Assembly (NCBI GenBank): GCA_964464605.1
Contig: CAYXJN010000003.1
Span: 307,306 to 327,305 of the forward strand
Source: an uncultured Ignavibacteriales bacterium
GTDB lineage: Bacteria > Zixibacteria > MSB-5A5 > GN15 > FEB-12
Reading direction: 5' to 3'
Length of the DNA: 20,000 bases
Below the pieces are notes generated by a model. It made no database searches and was not told the DNA's origin. It was given only the letters and a program-made list of their open reading frames with translations. The position numbers and the translations under genes are program-made. Positions 8,330 to 16,758 of this stretch are shown piece after piece (position 1 is the first letter of the stretch; every line of letters begins with the position of its first letter).

Positions 8330-8440
8330 TGTACCAGATGGTACAAGCAAATAAATCTTCCTCCTGGCTTTTCATCGGTATAACATATAGACCGGCAAGC
8401 AGATGCTGTCCGTCCACCCGCCTTCGGCACAGCTATTGAT
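8330..8440 (+). promoter_or_regulatory. Putative sigma54-type promoter (8424-8440) with upstream palindromic TGT-N10-ACA activator site (8330-8345)
   Basis: TCGGCACAGCTATTGAT (GG-N10-GA instead of GG-N10-GC); TGTACC-AGAT-GGTACA about 80 bp upstream. Confidence 0.45.
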
Positions 8441-8496
8441 ACATGTTTAGTGTTGCAAAGAAGCATCTCTCGTTCATTCTTAGGAGGATACCACGT

Positions 8497-9639
8497 ATGA
8501 GAAATCGATTTTTACTGTTTAGCGCTCTGCTGGTTTTTCTCATGGCCTTAGGCTGTTCTGAAAAACCGAATGAAACCAGTTCAACAACTCCGCAGGAAGA
8601 AAACATCAATCTGGAAGATGAATTCGGCGGTTACACCGCTACCAATGAAGCACCTGCTTTCAACGACCCTGCATTGGCAGCAGAAGCAGAAGGGGAAGTT
8701 GCATACAGCGACCCAATGGAAAACGAGGATGAAGTTGAATCGATTTGCAATGATTCTTTGTCCGGTTGGTTCCATTTCCGCGCAATCTGGGGACATCTCC
8801 AATACGATTCCACCTCTACAAACCCGACTGATTGGACCGGTTCGTTAACAATCTCCCGCGGTGCGCTTTTGGTCCGCAGGATTATCCGCTTTGAACCGGC
8901 AACAGATACGCTTTTACCGCGTTCTGATCGAAAAGTGGTAGAGTGGGTGTCGCAAACAACAGTCCACAATGACGGCGTCGCTGTAGATGTCGTCGTACCA
9001 CGGCCAAAGCCAGTATTTGACACCACGGTCATTCCGCTTGTCGACTCGCTCGGCCAGCCGTATGACAGTCTGGTAATCGACACGAGTATCGACAATACGC
9101 CCGTAACGCTGACGTTTGCCACGGGTCCGTACTCACGTACCTTCACGCTGAATGAACTTTCCAAACTCGATACGATTATAGATCTCACGAATGATGTGTC
9201 GGTCGCGTTTGCTTCACACCGACGTGAGCGAGTCGGCTGCCCGAAAGGGTTCCTTGCCGGATTCTGGGGTCCTGACTCTACCGGCATGGGTGCATTCCGT
9301 GGTTATTGGGTAAGTAAATTTGGGCTTATCGACGGCTATTTACAGGGGCACTACGGAGTCGATAGCGCCGGTGAGCATGTATTCTTCGGCAAATGGATAT
9401 CAATGAGCGGTGAATTCGAAGGTTTTTTGCGCGGGACATACAAAGATGTGCCGAATACAAACTCGCACGCTGAAAATAATGGCTGGTTCCGCGGACAAAT
9501 ATACAATGCCGACACGGTAGCAATCGGCCAATTGCACGGTCATTATCTCTCTCGTCCGGTGCATGCAGGCAGGGGTTTCTTTGCCGGACGCTGGAAGCTT
9601 GACTGTGGAGAAGTCGAGGAATCTGATGACGGCTTCTAA
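8497..9639 (+). CDS. Hypothetical lipoprotein with C-terminal Gx[FL]xGx[WY] repeats
   Basis: AGGAGG at 8482-8487; MRNRFLLFSALLVFLMALGC lipobox; eight GxFxGxW-like repeats. Confidence 0.85.
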   Translation: MRNRFLLFSALLVFLMALGCSEKPNETSSTTPQEENINLEDEFGGYTATNEAPAFNDPALAAEAEGEVAYSDPMENEDEVESICNDSLSGWFHFRAIWGHLQYDSTSTNPTDWTGSLTISRGALLVRRIIRFEPATDTLLPRSDRKVVEWVSQTTVHNDGVAVDVVVPRPKPVFDTTVIPLVDSLGQPYDSLVIDTSIDNTPVTLTFATGPYSRTFTLNELSKLDTIIDLTNDVSVAFASHRRERVGCPKGFLAGFWGPDSTGMGAFRGYWVSKFGLIDGYLQGHYGVDSAGEHVFFGKWISMSGEFEGFLRGTYKDVPNTNSHAENNGWFRGQIYNADTVAIGQLHGHYLSRPVHAGRGFFAGRWKLDCGEVEESDDGF

Positions 9640-9668
9640 AACACTCTGGTAACTCTATGTCATATAAG

Positions 9669-9699
9669 CGAAAGAGGCCATGCGAGACGGCCTCTTTCG
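9669..9699 (+). terminator. Hairpin (probable terminator of the lipoprotein gene)
   Basis: CGAAAGAGGCC-N9-GGCCTCTTTCG, 30 nt after the stop. Confidence 0.6.
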
Positions 9700-9799
9700 A
9701 TATTTATGCGTACGACAAAATGACAGTTCCCCGGCATAAAAGTTTTTTAAAAAAATTCTTGTTAAAGTGAACCTTTTTATGATTATGTGAGTTTAACAA

Positions 9800-9892
9800 G
9801 ATAGATGGACGCAAACAAATAACCCCCCTCTGTCTCATCTAGAGACAACCCTGCGTTGGGCAGGATTAGCAATAATCCTGCCCTCTTTTTTT
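9800..9892 (+). ncRNA. Candidate small RNA (~95 nt)
   Basis: Upstream GAACCT-N16-GTTTAA; internal AACCCCCCTC and TGTCTC/GAGACA hairpin; own +strand terminator with no CDS to terminate. Confidence 0.45.
9858..9892 (+). terminator. Rho-independent terminator, + orientation
   Basis: GGGCAGGATTA-GCAA-TAATCCTGCCC then TCTTTTTTT. Confidence 0.9.
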
Positions 9893-9949
9893 GCCTGCTT
9901 TTTACCTATCAAATGAAATTATAAGAGAAGCTAAATGGACAACGGGCAG

Positions 9950-10804
9950 CTATTTAGTCCCGAGTTCGCTTTTCAACTGCGTAATCAAGCTATCCACACG
10001 CAGAGATTGCGCCGATTTATCCTGCAGCATCAGGTAGAGCTTGAGCGCTTCCTCCTTTTTACTTCGCTGCGGCTGCGATGCAAGCGCGTTCGCCAGATTC
10101 AGTTGATAAAAGAGCTTGTTGTTGACTGATGAATTAGCCAAACTCCGAAAAATAGATTCTGCTCCGGCGAAATCCCCCTTAAAGGTCATGAATACCCCTT
10201 TGTTGGAAAGGAATTCTTCCTTCGGTCCGAATTTCTCGATCGCTTTATCCATAATAACAATGGCCGTATCGGTCATTTCAAGCTGATGCGCCATCGATGA
10301 CAATTCGAGATATCTGGTTGGGTTCTCCGGGTCTGATTCGATCAGTTTTTGGCGATAATAGTATGTGGAAGCAAAATTCGAATCGAGCGAGCTAAGCGTG
10401 GCAAGCTCTTGATAATATTTTTCCGGCGCATCGCCGGTTTTGACCAGCACTGCTATTGCAGTTATTGCTGCCTGCCATTCTTTAATATCCGGTGCAATAC
10501 GGTAAATCTCCCGGTTGATCTCCCGATCATTGGGGTTCAGCAAATCCGCCCGTTTAAGAAAAAAGAAAGCGGAATCAAGCAGATAATCTTTAGCGTAACT
10601 CATCCCGAGCAGATACAGCGCCCGTTTATGAGATGCCTGCAGTTTCACCGCTTTGTTCAAATAGGTCCGCGCCTGTGGAAACTGCTCTTTGACATAGGCG
10701 GTTTCACCGGCCTGCAAAAGCTCGTCGAAGCTCGTCGGCTCTTTGGAACAGGAGGCCATAACTGCCAGTATAAAAAGACCAATGATTACTGCACGAATAC
10801 CCAT
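9950..10804 (-). CDS. Tetratricopeptide-repeat lipoprotein
   Basis: Start re-called at MGIRAVIIGLFILAVMASC (lipobox); TPR-like helices (ALYLLGMSY, KRADLLNPND, LNLANAL). The ORF-track extension to 11020 overlaps the divergent gene. Confidence 0.85.
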   Translation of the reverse strand: MGIRAVIIGLFILAVMASCSKEPTSFDELLQAGETAYVKEQFPQARTYLNKAVKLQASHKRALYLLGMSYAKDYLLDSAFFFLKRADLLNPNDREINREIYRIAPDIKEWQAAITAIAVLVKTGDAPEKYYQELATLSSLDSNFASTYYYRQKLIESDPENPTRYLELSSMAHQLEMTDTAIVIMDKAIEKFGPKEEFLSNKGVFMTFKGDFAGAESIFRSLANSSVNNKLFYQLNLANALASQPQRSKKEEALKLYLMLQDKSAQSLRVDSLITQLKSELGTK

Positions 10805-10812
10805 AGTGCCGG

Positions 10813-10841
10813 GAAACATACAGCATTTAGCTGTATGTTTC
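10813..10841. promoter_or_regulatory. Perfect 12-bp inverted repeat in the divergent promoter region
   Basis: GAAACATACAGC-ATTTA-GCTGTATGTTTC. Confidence 0.6.
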
Positions 10842-10868
10842 AAGCATGACAAAAAGTAAATTATTCGC

Positions 10869-11888
10869 ATGAAAATAACGACCTGGGTCTCTGTTGTTCT
10901 TGTGTTGACGGGCGTATCAGCTCTTTCCGCGCCACAACCCAAAGAAGCAGAACAAAAAATTACCTCGTTACCCTTTGTCTTTTTTATCGATTCATCCGTG
11001 ATTACCCGTTTTCCATCCACCTGGCAAACCCGACTTAAAGAGCTAAATCAGAAAACTTCATCTCAATTCGAACAGCAATTCGCAGTAGATTGTAATCTTA
11101 CAAAAGTCATCACCGTAAAAATGAAGCGGGACACGGCCATCACCGTCGATGCCGCTTTCAATGCCCTTGTCGGAAACCGGTATCCGGGTGGGGATACGAT
11201 TTCTGTTCTGTTGTATACGGACAGTATCATCAACGCGGATGCAGCCATCGGCGAAACGGAAATCGGCCGGAAACAAATTGCGCTTCGGGAAATCAGCTAT
11301 GCTGATTCATCGGATACAAAAGGTTGGGCAATCATACAAGCCCGTACGCTCTTACATGAACTCGGGCACTCGTTCGGCGCTATTCATGTGTCCGATATCC
11401 ATTCAGTAATGAACCACTCCCCCAGCCCGATCGGCGCCGTTTCATTCGATACGCTTAATGCACAGATTATTCAACAGGCATTACATGGCAATTTTGGATT
11501 CAGCGATCACAGTATGTATTTACAAACGGTTTCCCGTCTGCTTACAAAAGCAGGATATCGCTTAGCCGATTACCCAGGATTTTTCACTCATTATTTACCG
11601 GAAAATTCGGTCTTTCCGCCCACTGTGCAATCAGCTGTCGATTATGATTCTTTTATAATTGCTGCGCTGGGACTTCGTTTGCTCTCGCAAAATGATTCGA
11701 CTAAGGCGGTTGAACGTTTCGATTCAGCCTTAGCGATTGATTCCGCCATGGCTGTTCTCTGGTATTATCGCGGACTGGCGACATCGGATATCAGTGAAAG
11801 TAACCGTTACCTCAAACAAGCCGCAGAAATCGGCTATTACCTTGCTCAGGAATTGCTTACTAAGCGGGAAACAGAGACTGCACGCTAA
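10869..11888 (+). CDS. Secreted metzincin-type Zn metalloprotease (M12/matrixin-like) with C-terminal TPR
   Basis: Signal peptide; HELGHSFGAIH (HExxHxxGxxH) followed by an SVM Met-turn; TPR-like C-terminus. Confidence 0.85.
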   Translation: MKITTWVSVVLVLTGVSALSAPQPKEAEQKITSLPFVFFIDSSVITRFPSTWQTRLKELNQKTSSQFEQQFAVDCNLTKVITVKMKRDTAITVDAAFNALVGNRYPGGDTISVLLYTDSIINADAAIGETEIGRKQIALREISYADSSDTKGWAIIQARTLLHELGHSFGAIHVSDIHSVMNHSPSPIGAVSFDTLNAQIIQQALHGNFGFSDHSMYLQTVSRLLTKAGYRLADYPGFFTHYLPENSVFPPTVQSAVDYDSFIIAALGLRLLSQNDSTKAVERFDSALAIDSAMAVLWYYRGLATSDISESNRYLKQAAEIGYYLAQELLTKRETETAR

Positions 11889-11898
11889 TCCGCTTTTG

Positions 11899-11927
11899 TT
11901 GACCGTTTTCTTTGTGTCATATACATT
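11899..11927 (+). promoter_or_regulatory. sigma70 promoter, leaderless type (TTGACC-17-TACATT-5-ATG)
   Basis: -35 at 11899-11904, -10 at 11922-11927, ATG at 11933, no SD. Confidence 0.7.
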
Positions 11928-11932
11928 ACGCC

Positions 11933-12832
11933 ATGCAAAATACCGCCTCAGTTTCACCGACCACACAAGTATTGACCCTTGCCCGGATGCAGGAGATGAC
12001 TCCTCGTCTCTTTGATGCGCTCATGCAGCGTTTTGGCACACTCGAACGGCTCTACCGCGCCGATTCCGGCGCGATAATGGCGATTCAGGGGATGACGCCG
12101 CATATCGCCAATCAAGTCAGCAATGCCTCGGCAAAACTGCAGGAAACCGTCGAATTTCAAAAAGAACTCGAACGGTTGGAAATCAAGGTTGCCACCCGTT
12201 TCGATGAATCCTATACCGAATCGTTAAACGAACTGCATGATCCTCCGCTCGCTTTGTATTACCGTGGCTCACTACCTGACCCATCACAAAAATCAGTTTC
12301 ACTGGTCACGCCAAGCAATGCGCCGGAAGAAGCGATAGCCTTCACCAGCAATGCCGCCCGTCAGTTTGCATCTTCAGGCGTACAGATAATAGCACCGTTT
12401 TCAGCAGGAGCTGCGGCACACTTGGGCGCGAAAGCCGGAAATGGGAAATCGTTCGCCGTTTTAGAATCCGGGATTATGCATATCCATCCGCCGGAATATA
12501 TCTCCCTCGCTATCGATGTCGCCACAAGCGGCGGGGTAATCAGCGAATATCCACCGGATACGAAATACGCTGAACTTCGCTATACCGAAACCAATCGTCT
12601 CTTAGCCGCAATGCCGCAAGCGGTGGTCGTTACCGGTGTACGGGATGGGGCATCCGATATCGAAGATCTGCTGTTATGCTGCAGCCAGATCGGGAAACTT
12701 TGTTTCCTCTTAATTGACCCCCAGAATAAGTCACTCGTTGATGAAAAGGGATTCCATTCCGCCACCGTCCATGGCGCGATTCCGATTTTAGGACTGGAAA
12801 AACTCGATCAGATTGTTCAGTCATTGGTCTGA
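11933..12832 (+). CDS. DprA/Smf-like DNA-processing protein, divergent
   Basis: N-terminal SAM/HhH-like region; Y..L.ELHDPPLALYYRG, AAAHLGA, GGVISEYPP and NRLLAAM motifs; no C-terminal winged helix. Confidence 0.75.
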   Translation: MQNTASVSPTTQVLTLARMQEMTPRLFDALMQRFGTLERLYRADSGAIMAIQGMTPHIANQVSNASAKLQETVEFQKELERLEIKVATRFDESYTESLNELHDPPLALYYRGSLPDPSQKSVSLVTPSNAPEEAIAFTSNAARQFASSGVQIIAPFSAGAAAHLGAKAGNGKSFAVLESGIMHIHPPEYISLAIDVATSGGVISEYPPDTKYAELRYTETNRLLAAMPQAVVVTGVRDGASDIEDLLLCCSQIGKLCFLLIDPQNKSLVDEKGFHSATVHGAIPILGLEKLDQIVQSLV

Positions 12833-12837
12833 TCGGT

Positions 12838-13455
12838 ATGGATGATTCCTATCTGACTATCGACCACGCTGCAACGGCGGAAATCAAAGTCAAAGGATCA
12901 CGATTTATCGGCGAAGCCGGCTATGCCGGTTCTTTGGACGCGGCTACTGCTATACTTACACGAATCCAAAAACAATTCCATGATGCGACGCATCACTGTT
13001 TTGCTTATCGCTTCGGCGTTCCTGTCCCGACAACATTTAAATACTCCGATGACGGCGAGCCGAACGGCACCGCCGGCAAACCGATTTATGACTGTCTGAC
13101 TGGTCGAAACATTACCAACACCATAGTCGTCGTTACCCGCTATTTCGGTGGAACGGAGCTGGGCACCGGCGGATTGGTACGGGCATACAGTGATACGGCA
13201 ATAGCAACATTAGAAAGCGCCGGAACCAAAGAGTGTTTTATCACTGAATCGGTCACGGTTGAACTGCCGTTTTGGGCATATGATAACTTTGTAAGGCTGT
13301 TACAAAAATTCGATATCAAAAAGTATAACAGCTATTTTTCGGAGATCGTGCGTGTCACTATCAATGTTCGCTTGTCAAAAAAAGCTGAATTGATAAAACA
13401 ATTTGTCCAATTGACTGCCGGTAAAGGCGTGGTAAAAGAGAAAGCCGATGCTTGA
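12838..13455 (+). CDS. yigZ: YigZ/IMPACT family protein
   Basis: KGSRFIG, DATHHCFAYR, SDDGEPNGTAGKP and VVTRYFGGTELGTGGLVRAY motifs. Confidence 0.95.
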   Translation: MDDSYLTIDHAATAEIKVKGSRFIGEAGYAGSLDAATAILTRIQKQFHDATHHCFAYRFGVPVPTTFKYSDDGEPNGTAGKPIYDCLTGRNITNTIVVVTRYFGGTELGTGGLVRAYSDTAIATLESAGTKECFITESVTVELPFWAYDNFVRLLQKFDIKKYNSYFSEIVRVTINVRLSKKAELIKQFVQLTAGKGVVKEKADA

Positions 13456-14011
13456 GCAATTAGCACAAATAGATACCGCGCTGTTTCGCTTTATCAATTC
13501 GACGATCGCCAATCCGGTGACTGATTTTCTGATGCCGATTGTTACTTCCGACTGGAATCTGCACATTGCTTTCGGCTTAATTATGCTGATTATCCTGATC
13601 AAAGGCTCAACCCGCCTGCGCTGGTTGGTGCTCTTTGCGCTTTTAACTGTCGCGGCAACGGATCAGATTAACAGCGCTGTCTTAAAAACCTTTTTTGACC
13701 GTACCAGGCCATGTCATACGCTGAGTGACGTCCACCTGCTCGTCAACTGCGGGGCGGGAAAGTCGATGCCTTCCTCTCATTCCGCCAACAGTTTCGGACA
13801 GGCTATGCTGTTTGCGCTTATGTTTCCCCGTAAACGATGGTATCTGTTCTCAATTGCCGCGATTATCGCATTCAGCCGGGTATTTGTCGGGGTTCATTAC
13901 CCATTCGATGTGATAGTCGGCGCTCTGGTCGGCATGCTTTTGGGGTGGCTGATCTATCTTCTCTATCAAGCCTTCTGGCAGCGTTGGTCGCAAAACAGGC
14001 GCATCGCATAA
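13448..14011 (+). CDS. PAP2 family phosphatase (undecaprenyl-PP phosphatase-like)
   Basis: K-x6-RP, PSSHS and SRVFVGVHYPFD motifs; overlaps the yigZ stop. Confidence 0.93.
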   Translation: MLEQLAQIDTALFRFINSTIANPVTDFLMPIVTSDWNLHIAFGLIMLIILIKGSTRLRWLVLFALLTVAATDQINSAVLKTFFDRTRPCHTLSDVHLLVNCGAGKSMPSSHSANSFGQAMLFALMFPRKRWYLFSIAAIIAFSRVFVGVHYPFDVIVGALVGMLLGWLIYLLYQAFWQRWSQNRRIA

Positions 14012-14049
14012 TCGCCCACCACAAATTGTTGTCTTACATCTGTTTTTTA

Positions 14050-14078
14050 TTGCCGTTTTTGCATAGAGTGGTCATACT
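14050..14078 (+). promoter_or_regulatory. sigma70 promoter, leaderless type (TTGCCG-17-CATACT-6-ATG)
   Basis: -35 at 14050-14055, -10 at 14073-14078, ATG at 14085, no SD. Confidence 0.65.
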
Positions 14079-14084
14079 CCGTTT

Positions 14085-14447
14085 ATGCCACGGAAGGTAA
14101 AACAAAGTAAGTCGCTTTTTTCTCCGCTTGCCGAAAACTTCATGCAGCGGATCAGCAACGCCGACGGCCGGTTCCGCAAACGGCTGATGTGGGTCGCGGT
14201 CGCGTTGATTGTCGGACTTTCCGGCTGGTCGATTATGAGCGGCGAGTTCGGCATCCCCCGTATTGTCCGCCTTGAAATGCAGAAAAAGGCTTTAGTTGAA
14301 GCGAACCGGCAGTTGTATGCTGAGTTGGTCGATGCCGAACGAATCAAACTGCTCTTGCAAACTGATAAGCGATATATCGAGATGATCGCCCGGACCAAAT
14401 ATCATATGGTCTATCCGAACGAGACTCTCTACAAGTTCAATAAATAG
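14085..14447 (+). CDS. Septum formation initiator (FtsB/DivIC) family protein
   Basis: One TM helix, GEFG, a coiled coil and the YIEMIARTKYHMVYPNETLY C-terminal motif. Confidence 0.85.
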   Translation: MPRKVKQSKSLFSPLAENFMQRISNADGRFRKRLMWVAVALIVGLSGWSIMSGEFGIPRIVRLEMQKKALVEANRQLYAELVDAERIKLLLQTDKRYIEMIARTKYHMVYPNETLYKFNK

Positions 14448-14450
14448 CCG

Positions 14451-15251
14451 ATGCCCCTTGAGAAATCAGAGGGGATTCTGTTAAAAGCCCACAACTGGTC
14501 GGAATCCTCACGCACTCTTGTTTTTTTTACCAAACAATTCGGTAAACTGGCCTTAGTCGACAAGGGGGGCCGGGCAATCAGCTCCAAACGGGGACGCGCG
14601 CTGTCATTTGCCAAATTGGAGATATCTTTCTACTCCTCGCAAAAAGAATCGAACGGATATGTTTCCGATGTCGAATTGCTCGAAGAGTTTTCACTCACCA
14701 ACGATGGCGTACTCGGACGGCTCGCCTATGCCTCTGCCGCCTGCGAAACACTAAATGAACTTTTGGCCGAGCATGAACCGCAGCCGACGCTGTTTACCTA
14801 TTTCATAACATTCTTACAGCATATTAACACCGCTCCCAAAACGGCGCTGTCATCGCTGTTTATCACCTTTTTTCTCAGGATGCTCTCGACGTTGGGGTAT
14901 CACCCCTCACTTGCCTATTGTGTTTCCTGTGGAAAAACGATTGAGCAGTCGCTTGATACCGATGGATACGCGCTGTTCTCACCGGAGCGCGGCGGGTTGA
15001 TCTGCCCCTCTTGCGCCCGACCGACAGACTATTATATTCGATTTCACCGTGACCCATACATGATTATGGCGGCCTTACAAACCGCTTCTTTGGGGGAAGC
15101 GGTGGCGATGCCGACGGGACACGCCGACGCGCTCAGTTTGCTTGAAGGGTTGACTAAATTCCTCAGTTATCAGACCGGCGTTCGTTCCGAGCTTAAATCG
15201 CTGCAATTCTTAGAAAAATTACGTACCTCATTACAGGATAGCAAAACGTGA
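14451..15251 (+). CDS. recO: DNA repair protein RecO
   Basis: N-terminal OB fold (EGILLK...ESSR...FTKQFGKL); GYHPSLAYCVSCG...GGLICPSC Zn finger; LKSLQFL end. Confidence 0.93.
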   Translation: MPLEKSEGILLKAHNWSESSRTLVFFTKQFGKLALVDKGGRAISSKRGRALSFAKLEISFYSSQKESNGYVSDVELLEEFSLTNDGVLGRLAYASAACETLNELLAEHEPQPTLFTYFITFLQHINTAPKTALSSLFITFFLRMLSTLGYHPSLAYCVSCGKTIEQSLDTDGYALFSPERGGLICPSCARPTDYYIRFHRDPYMIMAALQTASLGEAVAMPTGHADALSLLEGLTKFLSYQTGVRSELKSLQFLEKLRTSLQDSKT

Positions 15252-16591
15252 CACAGAACAAACCGCATGCTGCTGATCTTATGAACAAGCTTATGTCGCT
15301 CTGTAAACGGCGCGGCTATGTGTTTCCGTCGTCTGAAATTTACGGTGGCCTCGGCTCCTGCTGGGATTACGGCCCGCTCGGCGCTGAACTGAAACGAAAT
15401 ATCAAAACCTATTGGTGGAATTCGATGACCAACCGACGGGATGATGTCGAAGGACTCGATGCCGCTATTCTCATGCATCCGCAGGTCTGGGTAACTTCCG
15501 GTCACGTCGCTGAGTTTACCGATCCGCTCGTTGACTGCAAAACCTGTAAGGCCCGTTTCCGCGCCGACAAAATGGCCGACAGCCAATGTGGGCGGAAACC
15601 ATCGAAAACTCCGCTGGAATGTGGCGGTGAGTTTACCGAAGCCCGTAATTTCAATCTTATGTTCAAAACCTTTATGGGTCCGGTGGAAGAAGCAGCCAAT
15701 ATCGTGTATATGCGCCCCGAAACTGCGCAGGGTATTTATGTCAACTTTTTGAATGTCAAAAACTCTTCACGGCAGAAAATCCCGTTCGGTATCGCGCAGA
15801 TCGGTAAAGCGTTCCGTAACGAAATCACGCCGGGTAACTTCATTTTCCGTACCCGCGAATTCGAACAGATGGAAATGCAATTCTTTATTCATCCGACTGA
15901 GGATGACCAGTGGTTTGAATACTGGCGGCAGGAACGCTGGAAATGGTATCAGGAGCTTGGCCTCAACATGCACCGCCTCCGTTGGCACCAACACGGCGAA
16001 GGTGAATTAGCCCACTACGCGAAAGCTGCATATGATATCGAATATGAATTCCCATTCGGCTGGCAGGAACTTGAAGGTATTCACAACCGTACCGATTTTG
16101 ATCTTGGCCGTCACAGCAAAGCGAGCGGCAAGGATATGAGCTATTTCGATGAACGCTTCACCGAAAAATTTATTCCGTACATCATTGAAACCTCCGCCGG
16201 ATGCGACCGTTCGTTGTTGACCATCTTAGTCGACGCATACGATGAAGTGGAAATTAACGGTGAGCAGCGCGTATTCTTGCGGCTCTCTCCGAAGATTTCG
16301 CCAATCAAAGCAGCTATTTTCCCATTGGTTAAAAAAGATGGAATGGCGGAATACGCAGATAAAGTCTATCAGGATTTGAAGAAGAAATTCAAAGTCTTCT
16401 ACGATGAGTCCGGTGCCGTCGGCCGTCGGTATGCCCGTATGGATGAGGCCGGTTGCCCGTATTGTATTACTGTCGATGGTCAGTCACTGCAGGATGATAC
16501 GATGACGCTGCGTGATCGGGATACCATGGAACAAAAGCGGATGAACGTAACCGAAATCACCGACTTCCTCGACAAACAAGTAAACGGGTAG
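15248..16591 (+). CDS. glyQS: Glycine--tRNA ligase, alpha2 (GlyQS) type
   Basis: SSEIYGG, YMRPETAQGI, GKAFRNEITP, FRTREFEQMEMQ and ELEGIHNRTDFDL motifs; GTG start overlapping the recO TGA. Confidence 0.98.
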   Translation: MTQNKPHAADLMNKLMSLCKRRGYVFPSSEIYGGLGSCWDYGPLGAELKRNIKTYWWNSMTNRRDDVEGLDAAILMHPQVWVTSGHVAEFTDPLVDCKTCKARFRADKMADSQCGRKPSKTPLECGGEFTEARNFNLMFKTFMGPVEEAANIVYMRPETAQGIYVNFLNVKNSSRQKIPFGIAQIGKAFRNEITPGNFIFRTREFEQMEMQFFIHPTEDDQWFEYWRQERWKWYQELGLNMHRLRWHQHGEGELAHYAKAAYDIEYEFPFGWQELEGIHNRTDFDLGRHSKASGKDMSYFDERFTEKFIPYIIETSAGCDRSLLTILVDAYDEVEINGEQRVFLRLSPKISPIKAAIFPLVKKDGMAEYADKVYQDLKKKFKVFYDESGAVGRRYARMDEAGCPYCITVDGQSLQDDTMTLRDRDTMEQKRMNVTEITDFLDKQVNG

Positions 16592-16702
16592 CGACGCTAC
16601 CTTTATTTCTACCTCGCACTCTTTTTGAGTGCGAGTGTGCTGATTGCGATATTAATCTTAGAGTCTCTCAAAAAACTCGGGTGGCACACCCTTTAGGGTG
16701 TG
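16587..16702. repeat. Cluster of three short hairpins downstream of glyQS
   Basis: GGTAGC/GCTACC (16587-16601), CTCGCACTC/GAGTGCGAG (16613-16635), CACACCC/GGGTGTG (16685-16702). Confidence 0.55.
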
Positions 16703-16723
16703 ATCCTATACGTTACCCTCGCT

Positions 16724-16752
16724 TTGACTTTATTCATATTTCTTCGTAATTT
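16724..16752 (+). promoter_or_regulatory. sigma70 promoter, leaderless type (TTGACT-17-TAATTT-6-ATG)
   Basis: -35 at 16724-16729, -10 at 16747-16752, ATG at 16759, preceded by CCTCCC (no SD). Confidence 0.7.
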
Positions 16753-16758
16753 CCTCCC

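Noticed and set aside
8631..9287. 218-aa antisense ORF, plus the many other short overlapping ORFs in the track
   Set aside because: They are shadows of well-supported genes and have no recognisable motifs or initiation signals.
14085..16591. recO-glyQS linkage as a novelty
   Set aside because: Adjacency of recO and glycyl-tRNA synthetase genes is common in bacteria.
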